A DNA stretch of 64,000 bases. Origin: Candidatus Limnocylindrales bacterium. GTDB lineage: Bacteria; Moduliflexota; Moduliflexia; Moduliflexales; JAUQPW01. The notes beneath the pieces are model-generated. The model was given only the letters and a program-made list of their open reading frames with translations. It was not told the DNA's origin and did no database searches. The stretch covers positions 62,001 to 126,000 of the forward strand of contig DATMBG010000058.1 in NCBI GenBank assembly GCA_035559535.1, read 5' to 3'. The translations under genes were made by a program, and so were the position numbers. Shown here one piece after another: positions 10,447 to 19,857 of this stretch; the stretch's first letter is position 1, and the number at the start of each line of letters is the position of its first letter.

Positions 10447-11736
10447 ATGTCTTTCATCTTACATGAAAGGGGAATGGCCCTTGTGTTAGTCCTTATGGTG
10501 AGTGCCATTTTATTTACAGCCCTTCTGACCGGCTATGCGATGATGGAAAGTGCATTTAAAACAGCCGCTATAGAACTAAGCCGGGATCAGGTAACCAGTG
10601 TAACCCTGGCCGGGGTGGAAGATGCTCTGACCTGGTTTAGGTCTACGGCTTATGGGAAGCCTCCGGTCAAAACCGTTTTTGATCCCCTTAATGCCGGTCA
10701 GATGAGGGGAACCACCCAGGTTCTCTTTCCCGAGACCCAGGATTCTTCCATAGGCATCGTACGGGATTTTCCTATAGGTTTAAATAACCGTTTATTCGGA
10801 CACTATGAGGTTAAGAACACGCTGGTTCGAGACATTACGAGCCAGCGACTCCCAGGGTCTGGCGCAAGTGGTTTAATCTGGCATATCCAGGTAGATGGGG
10901 CCATTTATAAACGAGAGGATGCCTCAGTTCCTTATAACCAAAGCCCGAATCAAGTTTTGCGAACTTTAACCATGGGGGCAGAGATTCGCCGTATGGCATT
11001 AAGCCCCCCCCAGGCTACCCTAACGACTTATCTGGCAAGCAACGTCTGGATCCACAGCCAGGGTGAGGTCCGTAATGATAGCGGGACGGCGATTCTCTAT
11101 CGGGATAATACCGGAAATATTACCAACGATGGACTGTTAGTCGGAGGTCAGGGGGTTATCCTTTCGGATCCCCTGTTTGACAGTGCGGTGAGTCCCCTCA
11201 CGGTGTTTGGAATGACCCTGGCTGAGTTTAAAGCTTTTGTCCAGAATAATTCCAGCGGAATTTACATCAATAACAGTGCCGATTTTAATTCAAAACTGGT
11301 ACCTTATCCCAGTAACTCTGCCGCACCACCTATCGTCTATATAGAAGGAAGTTCAGGATTTTCTACGGCAACGATTAATCTTTACGATACCACTACCAAT
11401 TTACCTATCAATGCTTATGGTGTGTTGGTTGCCGATGGGATAGATTTAACTATTTTAGGAGGCCCGTTGGGATGTGGGACCAATAATTGTGGTCAGTTCA
11501 CAGGTTTTATTTATGCAAGTGGGGCCCTGTCGGTGGATAACGGGGCGGTTATTTCTGGGGCCATAGTATCTACCCTGAAAAGTCAGGGAATTGGGGGATC
11601 TAAAGCCATTCAAATCGGGAGTAACAACGTAGGAGCCATCACACGACTGGTTTACAATGGACCTTATATTTTTTCAGTCCTTAACCAGGCCATGGGCAAT
11701 TACTCTATATCCTTGGCACCTTATATCCTGAGATAA
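10447..11736 (+). CDS. PilX/GspK-like minor pilin, copy 1
   Basis: Class III leader ERG|MALVLVL without Glu5, then PilX-like LAGVEDAL. Clear paralog of 21836-23248. Start placed at ATG 10447; the ORF begins at 10384. Confidence 0.75.
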   Translation: MSFILHERGMALVLVLMVSAILFTALLTGYAMMESAFKTAAIELSRDQVTSVTLAGVEDALTWFRSTAYGKPPVKTVFDPLNAGQMRGTTQVLFPETQDSSIGIVRDFPIGLNNRLFGHYEVKNTLVRDITSQRLPGSGASGLIWHIQVDGAIYKREDASVPYNQSPNQVLRTLTMGAEIRRMALSPPQATLTTYLASNVWIHSQGEVRNDSGTAILYRDNTGNITNDGLLVGGQGVILSDPLFDSAVSPLTVFGMTLAEFKAFVQNNSSGIYINNSADFNSKLVPYPSNSAAPPIVYIEGSSGFSTATINLYDTTTNLPINAYGVLVADGIDLTILGGPLGCGTNNCGQFTGFIYASGALSVDNGAVISGAIVSTLKSQGIGGSKAIQIGSNNVGAITRLVYNGPYIFSVLNQAMGNYSISLAPYILR

Positions 11737-11737
11737 A

Positions 11738-11820
11738 GGGGTATGGGGGTGTGGGAGTATGGGGGTGTGGAAGTGTGGGAGTATGGGAGTATGGGGGTGT
11801 GGAAGTGTGGGAGTGTGGGA
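11738..11820 (+). repeat. Tandem 8-bp G-rich repeat (GRRGTRTG x10)
   Basis: ggggtatg ggggtgtg ggagtatg ggggtgtg gaagtgtg ggagtatg ggagtatg ggggtgtg gaagtgtg ggagtgtg. Confidence 0.9.
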
Positions 11821-11850
11821 GGCGGACTATATCCAATTTGAATTAAGGGT

Positions 11851-14800
11851 ATGAATCGATTAAAAGAAGCGTCAGGTTTAAGTTTAATAGAACTTGTGGT
11901 AGCTACTGCCATCATGGGCATTCTGGTGGTCGGAGCTATTACCTATCATACCGCTGCCTATCGATCTACCACGCTTAATCAAGACCGTGCTTTTTGTACC
12001 CAGAAAGCGATTCAACTGGTCAATGAACTCAGAGAGAAAACTGCAGGCACAGATATCAGCTTATCCCTGTTACCTTTCGACCAGGTGATAGAGGATCTGT
12101 CTGGAATAGTTCTAGGACAAACTTTTTCTCCAACCCTGAGTCTTCAAGTCAGTCAAGATTTAACCCTATTTCCTGATTCCCCGGCGGCTCCCATCAGTGG
12201 TAATATTAAAATAGGAAACCACTGGAAATTTCAAAGGCAGATCGATGTAAGGAGATTTTCCTATACCCAACCTGCCAACACCGAGGAACCCTTGCTGGTA
12301 ACCGTCCGATGCTTTTATACCGATGTCTCCGATCCCAATAAGGGGGGGCTTCCCCTGGCCGAGATAACCACCGTTATGCGAGGTCTGGTCCAGACTACTC
12401 CTACCAATCAGGTTTTCGACCTCTATGTTCTTGCCATCGAAAATATCCCAGGCTGGTGGGTGACCCAGTCTGCTCTTCGCCCTATTATTACCGATTCCAT
12501 AAGCAAACTGCAGGCGACGAATCCGGGTCTTGGCTATCGCGTTCATTGGATTACTCGAAACGCCTTCGGTCGGGACAAAAGTTATACCCCTTTTATTAAT
12601 ACCAACCCGGATATTACAACAGGGGTATATGATGCCGTTGATTCGGTTTATTATTATCCCGGTCTCTTGCAAACCACGAATAGTAGCTCCTTCTGGTTAT
12701 TTGATCCGACCTTTTTAAACAAGGGTAAAATTAATCCCGGACTGACAACGAATGGTATAGGCATGCCCATGACCGGGGCCAGTCCGCCGGGGGCCAGTAT
12801 AACCATTCCTGCAAATACCAATCAAAACTTCCCCGGTAATCCCGTGAATAACACAACTACCCGGCAAATTCTCAAAAGCGCCGGAATGCTCTATGATCCC
12901 ACAGATCCAGAACCCGATGATCCCACCATGGCCGTTCGTTATGCATTGGCTGATTACTATAACCATGCCGTGCGTTATCCCGATGAATTGACCGAATACT
13001 GTATGCGCAAATTCGGAAGTTTACCCAGTCGAAATACGATCACTAAGCTGTGGGAGTGTATTCCCGGTCATCCCCCCCCTAATCTCCCGGCTAACTTTGT
13101 TCAACAGTATGCAGAGCCTTCTCTGGAACCCAGTCTCCGTATTTTATTGGAACAACTTTACCAAAACCCTGCTGCCTATCAAAACTCTTTGATTCTTAAT
13201 GCCCACGGCCAGGTACTTCCCATACCTCCCATGAGGAACTATTCGGACCCTGCCAAATACCCACCGGATTTCCCAGGTGTTCGGGTTGTTACACATCCAG
13301 AACAGCTGGAGTATCAAAATGGAAGTAACATTAAGTTACGGGTTTACTCTTTCTTATCTTATATAAATCCTACCTGGACCACATCGAATTGCTATAATAA
13401 CCTGAACCCTACGTATGGACCAACGGCCATTCTGAGTAGGGACTGTAATCCTTTGAATATAAGTCCAGATCCCTCTAATCTGGATAATGAAGTCCCCCTT
13501 GTAATTCGAATTACCGGAAAAGACCTTACCGGTTATTCCCTGAGTAATATATCCGTACAGCGGATTATGGGGGATCCAACGACAGGGTATTCTATGGACT
13601 TAGCTCCTACCTCAAAGCCCGCCAGCCCTGATCATAACAAAATGTGGTATAGTCCCTCCTACTTCCTGAATCCTTTAGGAGGAAATGATATCATTCTTCT
13701 GCTCTACAATACCCCTTTGCGTCAGGGACTGGCCCCTGATAATACAGGTCTTCCCGATGCAAGACGCCAGGATCTCTATGGGGTGGAATATGTTCCGGCG
13801 CCTGTTGGAAACGATTTTAGTAGCAACCTTACCTCGATCAGCAATACAGATTTTAAAAACACGGCCCGTTGGATCATCACTTTAGACAATACTTCGGGGA
13901 GATTAAATGACACGCAACTGACCATTGAAACCCGAATCGGGTTATATCGAAACGCCGGGGAGCAAGATCCAGAGTATATCAAACGCCTTCTGGGCCCGGG
14001 TTATGATCCAGCCAATCCCTATGTATATATGCCGGATACCCCTCAAACCATTGATAACATCTACCTCTGGGGAAGTATTTATAAGTTTGTTACAGCCCGT
14101 GGAATTCCCAGTAATGTTTCCAGGACTTATACATGGATTTCAGATCTTACCTGTAATTCAGCCGGGGCCGATCCCTATCCCTGTATAAATCCTGCCGGTG
14201 ATGGCTCCCCCTCCCAGCCTTATCGGGCCGGTCCATCGGGAATGCAGGGTCGAGATTTTCCGACTACCCCGCTTCCCAATACCGGGAATCCTTATCGAGC
14301 TCCTTTTACCGAGAGGTTTCAGTTCATGGGAGACCCCCTTCACAATCCCTATTTGGATGTCAAGTTGGATCAGCGTTACAACTGGTACTTTCGGAGTATA
14401 AGCAACAGTAATGGCCTCAGTGGTTTTATCAATACAGCCAGCGGATGGGATGGCCGAATACCTGTTGATTACCCCAGATTCTCTCAAGTTTATCGAATGG
14501 GAGTCCTCAAGAGTCGTTCTATCTATAGCAACATCACGGGAAGACCTTCTTACTATCTAAATCCCGGCGGGGTGATGGGGGCAGATGATGACTGGCCTTC
14601 GGCATATCCTCTTATAGAAAAAAATTGGATTCGCATCCCGAAAACCGGATTTGTGGATCGACCCGGAGATGGAAATGATACCTCCAATAATCCAAGCTAT
14701 ATTAATTTAAATGAAATGGTAGGTGGGCAGGGAGGTCGCACCCGAACGGTCCGGCAATTTGATGCAAATCCCCCGACCGGCGCAGCCTGGTATGCTAAAA

Positions 14801-16098
14801 CCTGGTTAGGAGAACTTTATCCAGATCTTCTTTCCGATGGATCTAATTATTATACCCTTAATGATATAGGCTGGAGAGATCGGGGAAATCTCCCTACCAG
14901 TAATAGTCCTGTTATTTTCAAAATGGACACAGAAAAGCAAACTTATCTGGGCTATAATGCTTCCCTGGCTACCCAGGATAACGGCCCTCCCAGTTTCTTC
15001 AACAACGATACCAGGTACAATCATATTTCCTCAGGGAGTTCCTTTTATCAAACCTGTCAAGGTTTGAACCTGGCCAGTGCTTTTAATTTTAGTTTAAATA
15101 ACAGGATATTCACAGATCGTCCTTTCAAACCCGATCAGAACCTAGGAAATCCTCCAGAATCGGGTATAACGCCTTATAATACCAGTTTGATGCAAACAAA
15201 AATTTCCTTATTCAGTCCCTTTTATTACCAGGATGGGAGTACCGACTGCAATACCATCAACTTCCCCAATCAGTTGGGAAGTGCCTTACTTCAGGTTCAG
15301 TTAAACCCCGATACCAGTGTTCAACCCGATGCCGATGATCAGTTTGGATACTTCCTCATGAACGGTTTGGCCCCCAGCGGGGATCCAGACCCAAACCTGG
15401 CCGCCAATCCCAATGATTTCTTAGCCAAATTCAATGTCATTGCGCTCACATATGGGTTCATGCTGGCCGGTCAGCCTATACATCCCCTTACCAAAACCTT
15501 TCTCCCCCTAAGCCCTCAGAATATCCCCTATGGGAGTATCCCTCAACTTCCCAGGGTTGAAGTTATACGCCCGGATCCAACCGATGTCCAGGCCTTATCA
15601 AATCCCAGCACTTTAACCATCGCCTGGAGAATTACCTGGCGACGCTGGGATGGTCAACCCTATACCCCGGACTACGATCCGTCCAGTTTTTATCAAACCA
15701 CTCCGCTTTATTATATCCCCATGTACTCGGCTGATGGGGTAGAGTGGCGCTATATTATCGGAGATAACGATGTGGTTCCTATTCCCGCCGATAAATGGCC
15801 AGACCGCACGGCTTTACCCAAACAAGACGGCGGAACCTACGATCCTATTGTAGACCCTCTTAACAAGATGCATTACCTCTGTCGAGGAGCAGGAACCCCG
15901 GATTGTCCGGGAACGATCACCAGCCCCTTAACCCTTGAACAGTATGTCTGGAATGTAACCGCCCTCAATCCTCCTTTAAATCTGGGTGCCTCGAATAACC
16001 CTCCCGGACAGGTTTATACCCTCCGGGTTGTGGTTTATCGGAAAAACATCTATAATCACTTTGCCTATCATGACCTACAAATCAGGATCACCCCTTGA
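11851..16098 (+). CDS. Giant (1415 aa) prepilin-type N-terminal cleavage/methylation protein, PilV-like head plus unknown ~1200 aa region, copy 1
   Basis: Leader ASG|LSLIELVVATAIMGILVVG with Glu5. Long Asn/Pro/Thr/Tyr-rich extracellular-type body. Collinear paralog of 23262-27824. Confidence 0.85.
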   Translation: MNRLKEASGLSLIELVVATAIMGILVVGAITYHTAAYRSTTLNQDRAFCTQKAIQLVNELREKTAGTDISLSLLPFDQVIEDLSGIVLGQTFSPTLSLQVSQDLTLFPDSPAAPISGNIKIGNHWKFQRQIDVRRFSYTQPANTEEPLLVTVRCFYTDVSDPNKGGLPLAEITTVMRGLVQTTPTNQVFDLYVLAIENIPGWWVTQSALRPIITDSISKLQATNPGLGYRVHWITRNAFGRDKSYTPFINTNPDITTGVYDAVDSVYYYPGLLQTTNSSSFWLFDPTFLNKGKINPGLTTNGIGMPMTGASPPGASITIPANTNQNFPGNPVNNTTTRQILKSAGMLYDPTDPEPDDPTMAVRYALADYYNHAVRYPDELTEYCMRKFGSLPSRNTITKLWECIPGHPPPNLPANFVQQYAEPSLEPSLRILLEQLYQNPAAYQNSLILNAHGQVLPIPPMRNYSDPAKYPPDFPGVRVVTHPEQLEYQNGSNIKLRVYSFLSYINPTWTTSNCYNNLNPTYGPTAILSRDCNPLNISPDPSNLDNEVPLVIRITGKDLTGYSLSNISVQRIMGDPTTGYSMDLAPTSKPASPDHNKMWYSPSYFLNPLGGNDIILLLYNTPLRQGLAPDNTGLPDARRQDLYGVEYVPAPVGNDFSSNLTSISNTDFKNTARWIITLDNTSGRLNDTQLTIETRIGLYRNAGEQDPEYIKRLLGPGYDPANPYVYMPDTPQTIDNIYLWGSIYKFVTARGIPSNVSRTYTWISDLTCNSAGADPYPCINPAGDGSPSQPYRAGPSGMQGRDFPTTPLPNTGNPYRAPFTERFQFMGDPLHNPYLDVKLDQRYNWYFRSISNSNGLSGFINTASGWDGRIPVDYPRFSQVYRMGVLKSRSIYSNITGRPSYYLNPGGVMGADDDWPSAYPLIEKNWIRIPKTGFVDRPGDGNDTSNNPSYINLNEMVGGQGGRTRTVRQFDANPPTGAAWYAKTWLGELYPDLLSDGSNYYTLNDIGWRDRGNLPTSNSPVIFKMDTEKQTYLGYNASLATQDNGPPSFFNNDTRYNHISSGSSFYQTCQGLNLASAFNFSLNNRIFTDRPFKPDQNLGNPPESGITPYNTSLMQTKISLFSPFYYQDGSTDCNTINFPNQLGSALLQVQLNPDTSVQPDADDQFGYFLMNGLAPSGDPDPNLAANPNDFLAKFNVIALTYGFMLAGQPIHPLTKTFLPLSPQNIPYGSIPQLPRVEVIRPDPTDVQALSNPSTLTIAWRITWRRWDGQPYTPDYDPSSFYQTTPLYYIPMYSADGVEWRYIIGDNDVVPIPADKWPDRTALPKQDGGTYDPIVDPLNKMHYLCRGAGTPDCPGTITSPLTLEQYVWNVTALNPPLNLGASNNPPGQVYTLRVVVYRKNIYNHFAYHDLQIRITP

Positions 16099-17413
16099 TA
16101 AAAACCGGAACATACTGAGATCCGTATCCGGGATAACGCTGGTTGAAATCCTGGTGGTTGTTGCCCTTATGGGGATTCTTAGCCTCATTCTGTATGATCT
16201 TAACATCAGTATCTTGACCTCTAACCTTTTCATTGAAGTCAAAAATGACTTATCCAGCCAGGGTCAGCAGGCCCTTAACCAGATAAAAAATCGATTGATC
16301 TCCTCGCGACTCCTGCTGACCGATAAATATAATAAAAGTACCAATACCTGGACCGGGATAGGAAGCTATTATATTAGCCTGCTACAACTCTCCACCCCCT
16401 ATCCACCCCTCCCTACTATTACCCCCCTCAATCTCAATCCGAGTGGGGATTATTGTAATGTTATTCCCCGAATCGAAAGCCGGACGATTAGTAATCAAAC
16501 CCGATTGATCACCTCGTTAATACCTTTCGATCCTAACCAACCAGACACCGGGTTAAGTGCAACTAGTATAGGAAATTCCATTTTGTTTGCAGAAACCCTA
16601 TCCCCTCGTAGAATTCGGCATGTTGCTGTGAACAACACCGTTGAAAATTTTCTCGTAGATACCTACCGCCTCAATTTTTATTACCTTTATCAGAAAAATG
16701 GAATTGAGATAGCCAGCAGAAATTACTCTATTGGCTTAATCCAGTGGGAAAGTGAGCCGTTTGCCGATTATGCTCAACTCCGTCAGATCATCGCCTATCT
16801 CATCCAACAAGGTGCAGGAACCGCCAATACCCTAACCGATATGTTAGATCAATTAAAAAATCCTTCTATCTCTCCTTTCCAGGAAGAGAAAGGAAAACCC
16901 CCTTTAAGCTATGCCTGGGATGTAACCAATGCCACCCTCCTTGATACAACCAACCCTTCCACCATCGCCGCTTCTATCCGCGAAAACTTTTACCATCTGA
17001 TCTATAACACCACCTTTACACCCACCAATAATACTTCCAAGGCCTTGACATCGGTTGGATCAGACTTTATCATTCCCCAACGGCAGGTTGTGAACCTTCT
17101 ACCCGGCTTAGAAACAGGAGCTACCCAGGGACGGACTCCTTACTCGATTGCTTTCAATAATAACTCCAGTGGAGGTCTCTCAAACCCTATACCCAAAAAT
17201 ATCCCTCATCTGGTTCCAATCCGTTTCAATCCCTATGATACGACCAGTAGCTTTCCTCACCCCAAATTTATGGGCGGCTTCGAGGTCGGTATTATTCCCA
17301 ACACGACGGTGGGATATCAGGTCAATTTAAGGTTGGTTCTGATGGCCGATTCTACCATTCTCCGTCGTATGTCTTCTCAAGAAACCATCGTTTTAGTTGC
17401 AACAAGAAACTAA
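16070..17413 (+). CDS. PilW/GspJ-like large minor pilin, copy 1
   Basis: Leader VSG|ITLVEILVVVALMGILS. Paralog of 28093-29496. Start placed at ATG 16070, overlapping the upstream stop; the ORF begins at 15986. Confidence 0.8.
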   Translation: MTYKSGSPLDKNRNILRSVSGITLVEILVVVALMGILSLILYDLNISILTSNLFIEVKNDLSSQGQQALNQIKNRLISSRLLLTDKYNKSTNTWTGIGSYYISLLQLSTPYPPLPTITPLNLNPSGDYCNVIPRIESRTISNQTRLITSLIPFDPNQPDTGLSATSIGNSILFAETLSPRRIRHVAVNNTVENFLVDTYRLNFYYLYQKNGIEIASRNYSIGLIQWESEPFADYAQLRQIIAYLIQQGAGTANTLTDMLDQLKNPSISPFQEEKGKPPLSYAWDVTNATLLDTTNPSTIAASIRENFYHLIYNTTFTPTNNTSKALTSVGSDFIIPQRQVVNLLPGLETGATQGRTPYSIAFNNNSSGGLSNPIPKNIPHLVPIRFNPYDTTSSFPHPKFMGGFEVGIIPNTTVGYQVNLRLVLMADSTILRRMSSQETIVLVATRN

Positions 17414-17538
17414 TCTCCCTTCCCCCAGGAATTTGACCTCACCTACAAGCGATCATGACCTTTCCGGTTTACTGCAAACGTGGAAATCAAAGGCGATACT
17501 CGTGAAAAATCGGTACAGATACGGGTTTGACAATATTG

Positions 17539-17568
17539 TTGACAAGAGCATTCGGTTGTTATTATAAT
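17539..17568 (+). promoter_or_regulatory. Sigma70-type promoter for the kinase/regulator pair
   Basis: TTGACA-18 bp-TATAAT, exact consensus hexamers, ending 9 bp before ATG 17578. Confidence 0.7.
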
Positions 17569-17577
17569 CCCTTTCCT

Positions 17578-19764
17578 ATGAAAGAAAGCTCCAGAACCCA
17601 GGTCAAGATTTTCTTTTTACTGATAGGCCTGTTGCCTCTCTTGTCGGCTTCTCTTTTGTTTTTGTCTATTACAAAAAACACCCTCAAAGAGACCACCCAC
17701 CGTTCTTTACAAATCCTTGCAGAAAGCGTCGCAAAGGATATCTCACAAATTCTGTTGTGGGGCTCCACCGATATCCAGCATCTTGCCTATAGCCCTCTCC
17801 CCGGAAACGCAAGCCTCTCGCCGCCAACAGAAATACCTGGTAAGCAGGGGCTCTATAAATTCTATGATCAACTCCTCTTGATTAATCCGGAAGGAAAGGT
17901 CATCCCCCCTACCCTGTCTTCTGATTTAGAAAATTATGCCGATCAGAGTTGGTTTCGTAAAGTTAAAGAAGAAAAAGTCTTTACCGTAGTCCTCCATTTT
18001 CTTGAGCCTCCACAGGCAGTGCTTATCTTTGCCGCTCCTGTGTTGGATTCAGAAAATAATATTCGCTATATTTTAGAGGGTCAGATCGGCTTACAACGCA
18101 TCTGGGAAATCACAGATAAGGCCCGAATCGGGCACTCCGGTTATACCATGTTGATCGATAAAACAGGAAGGATATTGGCCCATCCGGATAAAAAGATAAT
18201 CTTAAAGTTCCTGGATTCTCCGGAATTTCTTAAAAAAGTACTGCAAAATGACTTTAAGATTACCTCTTATACCCTGCAAGGAGCTGAAGTTTTAGCCGCT
18301 TCTTCTTTATTAACTTCTGAGGCACGGGATATTTTTCCCGACTGGTATGTGGTGGCCGTTCAATCGGAAAGCGAAGCTTTTGCTGTCATAAAGGCCGTTG
18401 AAAGTTGGACCTGGATTATGCTGGGTACCGGGTTATTTTTCGTGGTCATGCAGGCCCTGGAAAGTTATGCCAAAAATCTCAAACGACCGGTCCAGGATCG
18501 AATTCTAGAACTGGAAGCCGAACGAGAAAAGGCAAAAAATCAAGCCCAAAAACTGGCTACCCTCAATGATATTGCCCAGATGATTAGCTCGACCCTGGAC
18601 CTGGAGGAAGTCCTCCGACTGGCCGTGACTACCGCAGGAGAAATCTTAGAAGCCGATCAAGGTGTATTGATGCTTATCGAAAAAGGGGGTGGATACATCC
18701 GCTCTAAATATGAATATCATCAAAGTAAATCTCAAACCGAACTGATCAATATTCAGATCTCTTTGGAACTTTACCCTGAACTTAAAAAAGCTCTTCAGAC
18801 CCAAAAGCCTGTCATAGTTACCGATGTTCGGAAGGATCCTCTCATGCATGAAGTCAGCCATCTCTTGGCTAAATCGGAAGTTCGGTCTGTGATGGTTTTC
18901 CCTTTGATTCTTGAAGAAAAGATACTCGGACTCCTGGTCCTCCGCTGGCATGAAAGGATTCGTGTTTTTAAAAGAGAGGACATTTATCTTGGAGAAACTA
19001 TTGCCAATCAAATTGCCATTGCCCTGAACAATGCCCAGTTATTTATCGAGGGACGAAAGCAAGAACAGATGAAAAGTGAGGTTATCAGCATGGCAGTCCA
19101 TGACCTCAAAACGCCTCTGGCTGCTATTATAGGTTTTTCAGAACTTCTGATGCGTATCCTTTCCAAGGAAAATCGAATCCAGGAAGAAAGGTACCTTCGT
19201 AACATTCTTTATTATGCCAATTTCCTGCTGGGAATGATCCAGGATACCCTGGGAGTCCACAAAATGGAGGAAGGAACCCTTAAGTTGCAAGAGAAAATAG
19301 TACCGCTTCTTCTGTTGATTCGATCGGTCGTTGGTCAATTCGAGGTACTGGCAGAACAGGAAGGGATTACGCTGGTGACCCAGATTCCCGATCATCTCCC
19401 CTCTATATGGGTAGATGATCAAATTTTTATCCGGGTTATGGCAAATGTCCTCCATAACGGGATTAAACATACCCCTCGAGGCGGAAAAATCGTTCTTCAA
19501 GCTGAGAAGCAAGAAAACGGAGAAATTTACATAAAGATTCAGGATACCGGAATGGGAATACCGGCTACCTACCTGGATAAGATTTTCGATAAGTATGTCC
19601 AGGTGGAGAGTCGAAAAACCGGATCAGAAATCTCCGTAGGACTTGGACTTTACTTTTGTAAGCTGGCCATGGAAGCCCATGGCGGTCGCATATGGGCAGA
19701 AAGCCAAGAAGGAAAAGGGAGTACCTTTTATCTGACGATTCCATCCAACCGGGTCATTTCTTAA
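17578..19764 (+). CDS. Sensor histidine kinase (TM-dCache-TM-GAF-HisKA-HATPase)
   Basis: H-box AVHDLKTPL; N box NVLHNGIKH; DTGMGI; IFDKY; GLGL. No HAMP. Start placed at ATG 17578. Confidence 0.92.
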   Translation: MKESSRTQVKIFFLLIGLLPLLSASLLFLSITKNTLKETTHRSLQILAESVAKDISQILLWGSTDIQHLAYSPLPGNASLSPPTEIPGKQGLYKFYDQLLLINPEGKVIPPTLSSDLENYADQSWFRKVKEEKVFTVVLHFLEPPQAVLIFAAPVLDSENNIRYILEGQIGLQRIWEITDKARIGHSGYTMLIDKTGRILAHPDKKIILKFLDSPEFLKKVLQNDFKITSYTLQGAEVLAASSLLTSEARDIFPDWYVVAVQSESEAFAVIKAVESWTWIMLGTGLFFVVMQALESYAKNLKRPVQDRILELEAEREKAKNQAQKLATLNDIAQMISSTLDLEEVLRLAVTTAGEILEADQGVLMLIEKGGGYIRSKYEYHQSKSQTELINIQISLELYPELKKALQTQKPVIVTDVRKDPLMHEVSHLLAKSEVRSVMVFPLILEEKILGLLVLRWHERIRVFKREDIYLGETIANQIAIALNNAQLFIEGRKQEQMKSEVISMAVHDLKTPLAAIIGFSELLMRILSKENRIQEERYLRNILYYANFLLGMIQDTLGVHKMEEGTLKLQEKIVPLLLLIRSVVGQFEVLAEQEGITLVTQIPDHLPSIWVDDQIFIRVMANVLHNGIKHTPRGGKIVLQAEKQENGEIYIKIQDTGMGIPATYLDKIFDKYVQVESRKTGSEISVGLGLYFCKLAMEAHGGRIWAESQEGKGSTFYLTIPSNRVIS

Positions 19765-19857
19765 CCCCAAAAGAGGGAGGGAAGAACGAGGGAGGAGAAG
19801 AATAGGCGAGCAGAGGGAATACCTGCTCTCCTACTTTTCCTGAATCGCTTTTAACCC

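Noticed and set aside
10447-17413. Cassette 1 as a silent pilS-like donor or an assembly duplicate of cassette 2
   Set aside because: All three ORFs are full length with intact leaders and differ from copy 2 by many synonymous changes and indels, which indicates an old functional duplication.
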